64,000 bases of DNA from a virus. Positions within the stretch are counted from its first letter, which is position 1; each line of letters begins with the position of its first letter. A model generated the notes under the pieces. The model saw only the letters and a program-made list of their open reading frames with translations, had not been told where the DNA came from and searched no databases. Made by a program: the position numbers and the translations under genes. The stretch covers positions 7,717 to 71,716 of IMG/VR virus record IMGVR_UViG_3300025168_000068; one strand, 5' to 3'. Positions 1-10,800 of this stretch are shown piece by piece.

Positions 1-105
1 AATGTTGCTGAACTAAAAGAAATGCTGAAAGAAGCAGGTCTTTCTGTAAAGGGCAAAAAAGCAGACCTTGTGGCTCGATTAGAAGCACACATGGGTGAGG
101 CTTAG
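1..105 (+). CDS. SAP-domain protein, C-terminal part (5' truncated by the window)
   Basis: Frame 1 reads NVAELKEMLKEAGLSVKGKKADLVARLEAHMGEA*, matching the SAP pattern (V.ELK..L...GL...G.KA.LV.RL); not in the ORF track. Confidence 0.8.
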   Translation, partial: NVAELKEMLKEAGLSVKGKKADLVARLEAHMGEA

Positions 106-347
106 TGTCTACAAATGACCTTATCTCTCTTAGAATAGACAACTTAGAATCTGTTACTGATAGACACGAAAAAACTATTGAACAATTAGTTCAATCACAG
201 ATTGAATCTAAGACCGGACTTATTAAAGTTGCTACTGAGTTAGAAATAACTAATGGACTTATAGCATCTTATATGGCTAATATGCAAAAAGTAATTCTTG
301 CATTAATAGCAATAGTTGCGGGGGCTATGGGTATCACACAGATGTGA
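105..347 (+). CDS. Small coiled-coil protein with C-terminal TM helix (possible lysis/holin-like)
   Basis: Heptad-like N-terminus, hydrophobic tail VILALIAIVAGAMGI; GGTGAGG upstream. Confidence 0.55.
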   Translation: MSTNDLISLRIDNLESVTDRHEKTIEQLVQSQIESKTGLIKVATELEITNGLIASYMANMQKVILALIAIVAGAMGITQM

Positions 348-351
348 GTTT

Positions 352-549
352 ATGGCAAGTGATATAGAAAAATGGAATACATGGATAAATCACTTAGGTT
401 CTACTACCGCTAATACTTCTGTAACAGTTAGCAATATTGAAAAGACACTTAAAGAATATAGGACTGTAAGTAAGCGTATGCTTTGGTTTAATACGATATT
501 AATGTTAGGAGTGATTGGTTTAAATGGTATATTATTGTTCTACAAGTGA
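352..549 (+). CDS. Small membrane protein
   Basis: ATG at 352; C-terminal MLWFNTILMLGVIGLNGILLF. Confidence 0.55.
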   Translation: MASDIEKWNTWINHLGSTTANTSVTVSNIEKTLKEYRTVSKRMLWFNTILMLGVIGLNGILLFYK

Positions 550-1054
550 TGTTGGCGGAAGGTTAGGATTAAACAGCGCACAAAGACAACAAGCGGGTAG
601 TTTGTTAATATCTGCTATACGCAGGGCATCTATAGAAATTGAACAAGTTTACAATGATTATGGTAGAGCAAATCCTATTGTAATACAAACTACTTCTAAC
701 GGCGCAGTAGCCATAGGTGCTACTTCTATAACTCTTGTAAGTGCTACAGGCTTTACTAATACTGGAAGCGGTAATATAGATGGTGATACTTTTTCTTGGA
801 CCGGAAAAACGGGACTGCAATTGACCGGCGTAACCGGAACTTCTGTTGCTCATGCAACGGGTGTTATAGTTCAATCAGGAGAGTTCGGTCATGTGCTTAG
901 AGAAGTATGTGCAGACCTAGCAGCATCTTATTATATGGAAGATGAAGCGACATTTCAAACAGGCGGGCCGGATGGGTCTTTGAGAGGAACAATGCTTAGA
1001 GAAAGAGGTAGTGAAAACCTCAAGAGGGTTGCTCATCTTGGTAGTTTTTCTTGA
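524..1054 (+). CDS. Head-tail adaptor (Mu gp36/SPP1 gp15-like) with inserted beta domain
   Basis: YCSTSDV...AIRRASIEIE...LREVCADLAASY pattern; position before neck/tail genes. Confidence 0.6.
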   Translation: MVYYCSTSDVGGRLGLNSAQRQQAGSLLISAIRRASIEIEQVYNDYGRANPIVIQTTSNGAVAIGATSITLVSATGFTNTGSGNIDGDTFSWTGKTGLQLTGVTGTSVAHATGVIVQSGEFGHVLREVCADLAASYYMEDEATFQTGGPDGSLRGTMLRERGSENLKRVAHLGSFS

Positions 1055-1066
1055 GGTGATGTAATA

Positions 1067-1654
1067 GTGGATTTTAAAACAAGTAACCTAACCATAGATG
1101 TTAGAAACTATATGGAAAGATTTGGTGAAGATGCAGAACGAGAGTTATTTAAGCAACTTAAAAAAATAGGTGAAGGGGAAGTAAGGAATACTAAGGCTAG
1201 ATTAACTAGAAGTATTACAGACCAAAAAAGTATGGCCGGTAGGGTAGCAGAAACAATAGATGTTGATATAAATATAGGCGATAAAGGCGGTCAATTAAGA
1301 TTTGGTTCACGAAACGAAAGCGGCTCAAACTTTGGTGGTATTAGAGGTAAAAGTAGAGGCGACAAAGCAGCAAACATTTCAGCGTTGGCTGCATACGGTA
1401 AAGATAGAGCAAAACCTTTGACTAAATTAACTAGAGTAAAACAAAGTCAAAAAATAGAATCCAGTAGAAAGGGTGTAGGTAGTAGCACAGGTAGATTAAT
1501 TGCTTTACCAAAAGGCTATATAAGTAGAGAATGGAATGCTATAGGCGGTAAAGGAGGTGCAGGTTGGATGCAAACAGCAGAAACTAATATCTTAACTAAG
1601 ATGGAAAAAATACCTGAAATACTAAAGCAAGTTTTTGATGAGGTGGGCGAATGA
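1067..1654 (+). CDS. Putative neck protein (HK97 gp10-like)
   Basis: Basic 195-aa protein between adaptor and tail terminator; GAGGTGA RBS. Confidence 0.45.
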   Translation: MDFKTSNLTIDVRNYMERFGEDAERELFKQLKKIGEGEVRNTKARLTRSITDQKSMAGRVAETIDVDINIGDKGGQLRFGSRNESGSNFGGIRGKSRGDKAANISALAAYGKDRAKPLTKLTRVKQSQKIESSRKGVGSSTGRLIALPKGYISREWNAIGGKGGAGWMQTAETNILTKMEKIPEILKQVFDEVGE

Positions 1655-2712
1655 GCATAGCAACAACTACACAATACTGGTCCTCAAGATTAACAGGTAA
1701 TGACCCTACAGAGCCAATAGGTAATTTCAACGAAGCATGGACTGGTAGTGCAGGTTCAGAAGTAAATAATTATTGGGTTATTCCTTCTAGTGGAGGGTAT
1801 TATGATATTACTCCTACAACAACAAGTTACACAATACTTTCATCTTTAATCTATACTACTACACCTAGCGATAATGCAATACTATTAGAACTAGACAACG
1901 GAACAAAAAAAATACAAGTTAAAGCAACTGGTAATTCTACATCTCTAAAATTAGTGGGTGCTACTACAACTACAATTAGTGATTTAGATTTAACAGCAAC
2001 AGAAATAAACGCAGTTCCTACAATACTTAGACTTACTTTAGACGCTAATGGAAATGCTAATCTATACATTAACGAACACATACAAGATGATAATGCACAA
2101 GATATTTACTATAGTGTAACTGGTGCTACAGGCTCTAGTGCTATTGTAAAATGGGGCAATAGTAGTGGGGAAGTAAAATGGGGTTCTGTTTATTATTCTA
2201 AGTTTGGTGCATTTAATCCCGAAGAGTTAATGTCAAGTGACTTTGCTCAAGATGCCTTAAGTCGCATGGGTCTATCAATAGTGCAGGTCTTAAGAGATAG
2301 CGACAAAATGTATCTCAAAACTCAAGTTCCTGATTCATCTATACTTTATGGTTATGATATATCTTCTAATATGCTTAGTAGATTAAGACCTCCTATAATT
2401 AATGTTATGATAGAAAGACTAAACTCACCGGAGTTCGACGCACTAGGTGGTTCTAGGGTTACACAAATCTATGAGGTATTAATTTTTATAACAACAAAAG
2501 GAACAAATTATGAAAATGCTTATCGCTCTTGTTTGAATATAACAGGTGAGGTATTCGATGAACTATATACAAAAACTGGTTTGCTCGGAAGCACTGATAG
2601 TATTACTAATTACACTTGTTTGCTAGACACTAAAGTAGACCCCGACGAAACTGTATGCACTCATAGACTAGGACTAACATATATGCGTAAAATAGATATG
2701 CGTCATAGGTAA
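1651..2712 (+). CDS. Putative tail terminator with N-terminal beta-sandwich domain
   Basis: Directly precedes the tail tube; C-terminal PPIINV...YEVLIFI...VFDEL pattern; Thr/Ser-rich N-half. Confidence 0.5.
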   Translation: MSIATTTQYWSSRLTGNDPTEPIGNFNEAWTGSAGSEVNNYWVIPSSGGYYDITPTTTSYTILSSLIYTTTPSDNAILLELDNGTKKIQVKATGNSTSLKLVGATTTTISDLDLTATEINAVPTILRLTLDANGNANLYINEHIQDDNAQDIYYSVTGATGSSAIVKWGNSSGEVKWGSVYYSKFGAFNPEELMSSDFAQDALSRMGLSIVQVLRDSDKMYLKTQVPDSSILYGYDISSNMLSRLRPPIINVMIERLNSPEFDALGGSRVTQIYEVLIFITTKGTNYENAYRSCLNITGEVFDELYTKTGLLGSTDSITNYTCLLDTKVDPDETVCTHRLGLTYMRKIDMRHR

Positions 2713-2769
2713 CTACATTATATTTAAGTGACACTCTTCCCGTATCTACTTCTACATAGAGGGTATAAT

Positions 2770-4023
2770 ATGGTTGAGTTTTTGAATAGATACATGGGTC
2801 TTAGTATAGAAAATGGTTACGGCACAGCAGGTAGCACAGTAACATACGGAGAAGTAGATAGTGAGTCGCTTCAACACAAGTTCGAGTTGCTTACAAGAAG
2901 CGATATGTCACATCACATGGCTACAAAGTCAGTTGTAGGAACATCGTATTCAGAAGGCGGATTTGATTTAGCCATTCAGTGTGATGATTTCATGGGTAAA
3001 TTACTATACGGATGTTGGCCTCATCAACTTACGCCAGTCGGCTCGTCAGGCAATCCTTACTTACACACTATGTTAGAACCTACACTTGTAGGACACACAT
3101 ACCCTTCCTTTACTATTACAGTAGGAAGAGAAGAAAAAGAACATAAATACACAGGTATGGCACTTGACACTCTATCACTTTCTGCTAATGTAGGAGAATA
3201 CACAATGGCAAGCGCGAGTTTTGTCGGTAAGGCTGAATCCGGCACCGGCTCATTAATCGCTACTGATGCTATGTTCTTTTCCGGTGATGCTTTAGACGCA
3301 CTACACTTTGCAGATGGAGAAGTTACATTCCACGATGGCGCAGGAACAATAGTGGCTAGTGCTAAGGTTAAATCATTTTCAGTAGACATATCTATGAATA
3401 GAGATACAGACAATGCTTACGCTATTGGTAACTCTACATACACTACAATACCGGCAGCACAAAGAAGAGAAATCACAGGTAGCCTAGAGTTTAACGAAGT
3501 TGTCTATGCAAGTGCTACTAATGCTGATGAGCCTACATACGACGGCCTAATCGGGGCCGAGGGTCTTGCTTACAGTTCTACAGTCGCACAACCGGCATTA
3601 AAACTAAAGTTTACAGATACAGCAGGGACAGAATACTTTGAACTTGATTTATACCATCTTAGATTTGAAGCACCGGAGGCAAATGTTAGCGGTAGAGATA
3701 CTAATACTATGTCAGTTAATTTCCTTGCTTTGGGACAACAAGGAAGCACAAGACAGTTTACTGGCACTACAGCAACTAGTGCTACCGTTACTGTAGACGC
3801 TGCTAATGCAGCAAAAGTAAAAGTTGGCGATATGGTAAACTCAACAGGTATTCCTAGCGGAACATATATTATAGCAAAGCCTAGTGCAACGACACTTACT
3901 TTAAGTGCTAATGCAACTACTAGTGCATCAGAAACAATAACTATACTACCTAACTATACTTCTTCGTCGGTTACACTTAACGGCGCAAATCTAAAAACTG
4001 GTATTTATGCTCAGGATAACTGA
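2770..4023 (+). CDS. Major tail tube protein with C-terminal accessory domain
   Basis: ATG 2770; YMGLSIENGYGT start, SFTITVG, TLSLSANVGE, REITGSLE motifs typical of siphovirus tube proteins. Confidence 0.8.
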   Translation: MVEFLNRYMGLSIENGYGTAGSTVTYGEVDSESLQHKFELLTRSDMSHHMATKSVVGTSYSEGGFDLAIQCDDFMGKLLYGCWPHQLTPVGSSGNPYLHTMLEPTLVGHTYPSFTITVGREEKEHKYTGMALDTLSLSANVGEYTMASASFVGKAESGTGSLIATDAMFFSGDALDALHFADGEVTFHDGAGTIVASAKVKSFSVDISMNRDTDNAYAIGNSTYTTIPAAQRREITGSLEFNEVVYASATNADEPTYDGLIGAEGLAYSSTVAQPALKLKFTDTAGTEYFELDLYHLRFEAPEANVSGRDTNTMSVNFLALGQQGSTRQFTGTTATSATVTVDAANAAKVKVGDMVNSTGIPSGTYIIAKPSATTLTLSANATTSASETITILPNYTSSSVTLNGANLKTGIYAQDN

Positions 4024-4035
4024 TAGGTGAATAAA

Positions 4036-4170
4036 ATGGAAACATACGAAAACGATTTAGGAACATGGTCTAAAGAAATGAAGAATGGTAGATTAGTTGA
4101 AAAACTTATCAAACCAAAGAAAGCAGCATCTAAGAAAAAGTCTGCTAAGAAAACTTCTAAAAAAGAATAA
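4036..4170 (+). CDS. Lys-rich microprotein (44 aa)
   Basis: METYENDLGTWSKEMKNGRLVEKLIKPKKAASKKKSAKKTSKKE*; AGGTGA RBS; below the ORF-track cutoff. Confidence 0.65.
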   Translation: METYENDLGTWSKEMKNGRLVEKLIKPKKAASKKKSAKKTSKKE

Positions 4171-4222
4171 GCCTTAAATAACTAATACTTTTTAGTATTA
4201 AATAGCGAAGTGAGTGGTAACT

Positions 4223-4573
4223 ATGCCGGTAATGAAAAAAGAGATAGAGTTAGAAGATGGAACGAAGATATGGGTAAAGCAAGCCTCCGGCACTAAAAAA
4301 CTGAAAATACAGGCTATACAGTCAAGAGTATTTAGAAAGTTCTCACACTTCGGCGACCCTAGTGATTGGACTTTAGAACAGAATGAAGAGTTTGCAGAAT
4401 CACTAGATAGTGCGGGCGCGGGTTTTGAAGCGCAAGTAGATACATGGTTAGGAGATTGTATTATAGACAGTCAATTAAGTATTGATGATTTAACTACAGA
4501 AGAACTTATGTTAGTTCTTAACTTTGTAAGAGGGGATGACCCCGATGGTGCAGTCCCTTTATTGAGTTCCTAA
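4223..4573 (+). CDS. Tail assembly chaperone (gpG-like)
   Basis: Acidic protein between tube and TMP, ending just after a slippery heptamer. Confidence 0.75.
   Translation: MPVMKKEIELEDGTKIWVKQASGTKKLKIQAIQSRVFRKFSHFGDPSDWTLEQNEEFAESLDSAGAGFEAQVDTWLGDCIIDSQLSIDDLTTEELMLVLNFVRGDDPDGAVPLLSS
4555..4561 (+). other. -1 programmed ribosomal frameshift site C CCT TTA
   Basis: X XXY YYZ heptamer in the TAC frame; the -1 frame is open into 4594-4872. Confidence 0.8.
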
Positions 4574-4872
4574 GAGTTGCCCCGACTCTTTGTATGGCAT
4601 ACAAGGGATTACTACCTTCCGATTTATGGGGAAAATATGACTGTGAAGGCGGTATGCACAAACTAATCTTAGATTTAAATATTGCTAGTTCTATGAATGA
4701 AATGATTAGTAAAGCAAGCAGTGGGACTAAGAGTGGTAAAGATATAGTGGCCCGTAGAAATCAAAAAAGAAAGAAAAGGCAATTGTTAAAGGACAGTAAT
4801 GATGTCCTCAATATGTTGAGAGAAAGCGGAGTTCCTACGAGAACCAATAGTGGAGATAAGGTAAATGATTGA
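4561..4872 (+). CDS. Tail assembly chaperone frameshift extension (gpGT-like)
   Basis: -1 frame reads IEFLRVAPTLCMAYKGLLPSDLW..., in frame with ORF 4594-4872. Confidence 0.7.
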   Translation: MEFLRVAPTLCMAYKGLLPSDLWGKYDCEGGMHKLILDLNIASSMNEMISKASSGTKSGKDIVARRNQKRKKRQLLKDSNDVLNMLRESGVPTRTNSGDKVND

Positions 4873-7846
4873 ATCGTATGCTTTAACTACTTTCACCCCT
4901 ATGGTATTTATTGTTGCTGCCATAACTATGATAGTCCTCAGAACTGGGGCTTCGATGGTTTTCTTCGACATAGTAGGAACATTTCAGTCTCAAAGATTAA
5001 TCAAAGATGCGGGCGCAGCAAGCGTAGCATTAGAAGGTCTAATGGTAGACGGTTTCGCTAATATAGGTGAAGCGGCAGGTGAACTTAATGAGATATTTGA
5101 GGAAATGCACTTAGCCTTCGTGCCTCTTGCAGAAGATGTAGAACGGGCTAGAATTGAGTTTGAAAAGTTTATTGACAATAAAGAAGCAGTTGATAGTCTT
5201 GCTAGAGCAGTAACTAACATAGGTGCTGAGTATGGTTATGTGGGCGCAGAAGCGTTGAAAGCAGGTGCTAGGACAGCACAATTGACAACTATATTAGGAG
5301 AGGCTGCCGTTCCCGCCGCTACTGAAATGGGTATAGCATTTGGTATGATTGGTGAGATGGATGCGGAAACCGCTATGACAACGCTAATCAATCTGATGCA
5401 ACAAACTGAGTTCGTATTTGATGGCACTACTAAAGCAGCATATGCACAAATGACAGGTCTTGAGAGAGCAGAACAAGTCACAAAAACTTTTGCTAATACT
5501 CTAAATACACTTAACAGTATTGAGGATAACTCCGCAAGTAACATGATACAACTAACTGAAACTTTAGAGAAGTTCGCTGCACAAGGACACCTTACTGGTG
5601 AAAGTATTTCATTCATGGCCGCTATGTCTGCCGTTCTTATTGAAGCCGGTGAAGATGCAGGGAAAGCCGGAACCGCCATGAAAATGATTTATGCTAGGTT
5701 AGGCGGAGATGTCGGCGGGGCTGCCACTGCACTACAGGAAATGGGTATAGCAACACATAGAACAGATGGCTCGCTACGTTCTTTGTCTGAGATACTAACA
5801 GACTTGCACGAAGATGGATTTAAAAATATGTCTGCTGCAAGAAAGCAAGATATAGCATTACAGGTAGCCGGTAATAGACACTACGTTAGGTTCCTCAAGT
5901 TAGCAGAAAACTTTGACAGGGCTATTCTTTTGAACAACGAAGGTCTTAGTCAAAGTGCTGCCGTATTTACTGAGAGTGGTGACGCTCAAGGTTATTTATC
6001 AGATAGATTACAAGAAAATGTTCATTTACTAGACGTTCAAAGAGCAAAGTTAGCAAACGTAGAAGCGGAGTTAGGTAAGAAACTTATACCTACTGAGATA
6101 GCAGCAATACAAACTAATATAGCCCTTAAAGAAAGTTACATAGACATAATGGAAGCACTAGATAATACTATCCCCGGATTAGGAAAAACTGCACAATTTC
6201 TATCAGGTTCAAGAAAAATTATAACTGATTCTTTTGCACCTTTCTTTAATACATACATTGGAATACGTTCTTCTAATCTAGCCCTGATGACTCAAATACA
6301 AATTATGAGAGCAGTTAGCGGCCAAAGAATCGCAGGGTTCGATAATGAAATGAAGTTTTCTGCCGGTAGACGCGAAATGATAAAACAAGAAAATGATATG
6401 CAAGTTTATTCCATGCGGATTCAGATGATTAAAAACGGTATGACAGCAGAGCAAGCCAAAAATCAAATTATTGTTTTAGATAGATTGAGGATGGAAACTG
6501 AGGCTAAACTTTTCAACTCAAGATTAGATTTACAAAAAAGAAGAATGCAAATAGATGGTTTAAAAGACCAAGTAAAGAGTATTCAGTTAGAGGGACTAAA
6601 ACTCATAGACGCAAAAAAACTACTTATAGAAGATTTAAGGATTAAACAAAATAAAAAGGAAATTAAAATACTGGAACACCAAACTATAATAAAAAAGAAG
6701 AAGCATACAGCAGACCAAATAAGATTAAATACAGACCTTTCTAGGATTGAACAAAACGAGGCCATTAAAAAATTAAATATTGCTAGCGACCAAACTAAAT
6801 TAATTAATGCTACTAATGCTATGAAAAGCGCGGGATTAAAAATATCAACTGCTGAACTTGAAATAGATGGTCTAAGAAGTTATCGCTTACAAGATATAGA
6901 AAGAATACAATCAAGAATATCCCAAATTAAAAATACTGATAAATCCACAGAAAGAGAACTCTTTTTATTAAATCAACAAATACAAGCATTACAGACTATA
7001 GAGAGTGTTGAAGAGATGGATAGACTTAGTGACAGTCTAGGTATGTTAGACACAAGCGCGAGAGATGCAAGGTTGGGTATGGGCGGTCTTAGTATGGATA
7101 TGAACTTCGCTATGATTGGTATGATGTTGGCTACTTCTGCTAGTATGGTTTTAGGAGGTAGTATGAAAGACGGGACTCAGAAAATGAGAATGCAAAGAAC
7201 TGCTGCAATTGCTATGGGTATATCTACAATTATGATGACGGTTCAAATGGCGGCAGCACAATTTCAAATGGTTAGATTATCCGGTGCTATGATAAACGGT
7301 GGTTTGGCTGCCGATAAAGCAGCAGCGTCTAATTACAACCTCGCTGCTTCTAATGTTGCTGTAGCAAAATCAGCCGGTGCTGCGTCTATGGGCATGAGAG
7401 GATTGTTAGTAGCGAGTGGTGTAGGAGTTATTGTATTAGGTCTTTCTTATGGTATTGCTAGATTTGCTGAATATATGGGTGTGTTTGACGTAGCAGTAGA
7501 TGATACAGTAGAAGGGTTAGACGAGTTATTATCCGTCGGGCAAGACAGTTACGATTGGATAGATGAGTTCACTGGTTCTTTAGAAGATGGCGAAGAGGCT
7601 ATGGCTAAGTTTAACGATAATCGAGAAGAAATGTTCTACGGTTTCAAAGCAGGTAATGCTGTAGGGGCTTTAGTAAAACAAGTAAAACAACAAGGAGTGG
7701 AAAACTTCGTAGCAAATACAGAAGTAATTATGACTAACAACTTTAATGGTATGACTACAAGGCAAGTCGCAAATGAAATTATAGAATTGATACAAGAGGA
7801 AGCAGGTATTAGCAATATCAATACGAGTATGGCAAGTCTAGGGTGA
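4865..7846 (+). CDS. Tail tape measure protein (TP901-like)
   Basis: 993 aa, helical, Ala/Met-rich; GEDAGKAGTAMKMIYARL and GSLRSLSEILTDL core; follows TAC. Confidence 0.9.
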   Translation: MIESYALTTFTPMVFIVAAITMIVLRTGASMVFFDIVGTFQSQRLIKDAGAASVALEGLMVDGFANIGEAAGELNEIFEEMHLAFVPLAEDVERARIEFEKFIDNKEAVDSLARAVTNIGAEYGYVGAEALKAGARTAQLTTILGEAAVPAATEMGIAFGMIGEMDAETAMTTLINLMQQTEFVFDGTTKAAYAQMTGLERAEQVTKTFANTLNTLNSIEDNSASNMIQLTETLEKFAAQGHLTGESISFMAAMSAVLIEAGEDAGKAGTAMKMIYARLGGDVGGAATALQEMGIATHRTDGSLRSLSEILTDLHEDGFKNMSAARKQDIALQVAGNRHYVRFLKLAENFDRAILLNNEGLSQSAAVFTESGDAQGYLSDRLQENVHLLDVQRAKLANVEAELGKKLIPTEIAAIQTNIALKESYIDIMEALDNTIPGLGKTAQFLSGSRKIITDSFAPFFNTYIGIRSSNLALMTQIQIMRAVSGQRIAGFDNEMKFSAGRREMIKQENDMQVYSMRIQMIKNGMTAEQAKNQIIVLDRLRMETEAKLFNSRLDLQKRRMQIDGLKDQVKSIQLEGLKLIDAKKLLIEDLRIKQNKKEIKILEHQTIIKKKKHTADQIRLNTDLSRIEQNEAIKKLNIASDQTKLINATNAMKSAGLKISTAELEIDGLRSYRLQDIERIQSRISQIKNTDKSTERELFLLNQQIQALQTIESVEEMDRLSDSLGMLDTSARDARLGMGGLSMDMNFAMIGMMLATSASMVLGGSMKDGTQKMRMQRTAAIAMGISTIMMTVQMAAAQFQMVRLSGAMINGGLAADKAAASNYNLAASNVAVAKSAGAASMGMRGLLVASGVGVIVLGLSYGIARFAEYMGVFDVAVDDTVEGLDELLSVGQDSYDWIDEFTGSLEDGEEAMAKFNDNREEMFYGFKAGNAVGALVKQVKQQGVENFVANTEVIMTNNFNGMTTRQVANEIIELIQEEAGISNINTSMASLG

Positions 7847-7850
7847 TATT

Positions 7851-10800
7851 TTGGTTAGGTCTGTTAATGGTAAATATAATCTTTGGATAGCGGGTTACTA
7901 CGATGACTTCGGAGGGGCTAGGGCCATAGCAGAAGATAATAATAGTCCTAGTGCTACAGGGTCATACGACCATACCAAAACTCATTATGGAAATCCTATG
8001 AACGGAGAGGCTACTTTAAATCCCAAATATCGTTGGTCTATAATAGAGAGGTCATTGGTTACTAACTATGACTCAACTCTTGTAGGAACAAATAACACTA
8101 CTAGATACTTACAGAACAATGGTTCCTTTGAGTATATAGGACAAGATGTTATTAGAAATAAATCAGACAAATGGGAAGGTAAAGCACAGTTACAATATCC
8201 TGATGGGAATGTAGGTAACAAATATAGATATGGTGGTAGTGGTAGTGACGCATATCAATTGTTTACAAACGGTTATGATACACTAGGTAAATATATAATA
8301 CCTTTAGGTGCTAGTGATTCTACGTTTGGTAGAACAAACTCAATAGGTTATGGAGACGGTAACTTTACTTCTAAGAATGCCGGATATGTAGATGCTACTT
8401 ACACAGTTGCTTTCACGCAAAAAGCAAATCTAATAGGCACATGGATGGGAGAAACAATGAGATTCGATAACGCTTCACACATTTGCCCTGAAAATGTATT
8501 CTTCCCTGTTACTTCACCGGCAAGCAAACCTTTTTTAGCCATTCAATCTTACTACCAAACTGCACCTAATAGTGGAGTAGTTCCTTCAACAGCATCTATA
8601 ATATACGACGGTTCATTAAATAGTAGAGCAGACGGTGACATATTCCATCTTAGAGTAGCAGTAAGGTCTTTTAACGGTAGCACAACATCAGAAGGTAACG
8701 CGGGGGCTAATGTTAATGTCATGTTGGGATTTACTAGCAGGGTTGGCGATACATACGAAGATGGTTTTACTCATAGTAGTAACACCCCTGCAATCAGTTT
8801 CAACCTATCTCTCAACAACTATGATTCCTACGGTGCTTTATACAACGGTAACGCTACTAAGACAACTTACACCAATGATACCGCTTGGATTGACGTTGAT
8901 GTTACTTTAGATTATACTAATGGTGCTTACGTTGTATATCAAGATGGGGCGCAAGTAAGTTCCGGTTCTTTTACTGGAACTGCTGCTAATATGTATGGTT
9001 ATCAAATCACAGCATATCCTGATGACAACAAAGACAATTCTGTAATAACTTTAATGTTAGATAGGGTTGCTCTATACAGACCATTAACAAATCATCCATC
9101 GGGTATACAATTAGCCCCAGTAAACGATTTAAAAATAACCTCCGTAGTCAATGGTATATCTTCTTGTAAACTAAGTATAAGTGATGATGCAGACAACGAT
9201 GATGGGGATATAGGATTCTCAGCAAATGATTATGATTATACTTTAACCCCTATTTTTGATAGTTCGATAACTAGCGATTGGTATTTGTTAGTGTTTGGTG
9301 CAAGTGGTTATGACTGGGATGTTTCTTCAAGAATAGATAGACCGCTTTGGAGAGGCATAATAGAAAAGATGAGAATTAAACAACAGGGTAGAGATAGGAT
9401 TGTAGAACTACAGGCTAGGGATAATCTATCTCTACTAGATAGACAAGTTCCTCTTTGGGAAGTAGGTCAAGACGGACTCAATGATGACGAATCACAGAAT
9501 CCTTTTTGGTTGTATGACTCTCAAGGGTTTAGTAACACTATGAACTTTGGAGTTAAGCCTCTTAAGTTACTAAGTAAAGAATTAGGTTTTGATTCTGATG
9601 ATGCATTCTTGGAAAGAACAGACCAACGTATGCAATTAGGTTCAGGACACCCTATACAGATGTATGTCAATGAAGATGCAGACGGTCCTAACGACGTAGA
9701 AGATGATTACGCAGGGGTAGGAATAAATAGTGTAGGTAAAAATGGTAATAAAACTATTATATTCCTCAGTGGTAATGCCTCTTACACTACTAGTAGTTCT
9801 ATAACTATAAGAGGTGGGGCGAAAAATGGTATGAATATAACAGCACAGACTCCATCTGCTGTAGGCACTCATATTGACCGTGACGGACAGACTCAACAAA
9901 CTCTTTCATTTACACAAACTCAATTGCCATATCAAGGTTCTTCAATAGTGGGAGGTAATGCTAAAGGTAATATTGTATATGCAGGTAAGTTTGACTGGTC
10001 CGATGAAACCGATTATGATTATTGGTATAATAAAATAACATATAACGGTCAATTTATAATTCGTAGTCCTAACACCTTTCCTACTTTCCCCGATGAAATG
10101 AATCAAAGTGATAGGATTGCGGGTTACTCCGCAGTAAATCTAGCACTAGCGGAATTAGACCAATATATTATTGTAAATGCTTTCCACCCTTCATCCGAAC
10201 AATACTCGTTTTGTTTTGATGAGGACCCTAATCTTAAACCTTATGATTTCTTTAGAGTGCCTGTCAATTCAAATCCTAATGGAACTGTTAATAATGTTTT
10301 ATCTGACAAAGTTCATTATGTTATGTCTATAAGAAAAGTAATGAATCAGCACGTTTTGAATAATAACGATATTCATACTGAACTACAAACAGGTAGTAGA
10401 CAAAGATGGATTGTCACTACTAACACAAGTTACTTTCAAAGTGGTTCAGGAACAGGGGTAGAGTTTGGTAATTTTACGACTTACGACGGTTTGCTCTCAG
10501 GTGACGATAGATTATTTTATGAAAGTTCTGTTAGTATTGGAACGCCAATATCAACCTCATTACCTACAAACCAACCTGATTTAACTTCTAAAGTATCTCA
10601 GGCAGTATGGATGAGAGACTTACCTAAATCTTTGTGGTTCCAATATCACTTTGGTGATATAACTACTAACACACATATAGCAGACACTACTACAGCAGCC
10701 ATAGTTTCTTCAAATGCTACTACAGTGCAGATTTCTTCTACTACTAAAACTGCATTAGATAATGCTAATGTATCTAGTGGTGTGGCAGAATTAAACGGTA

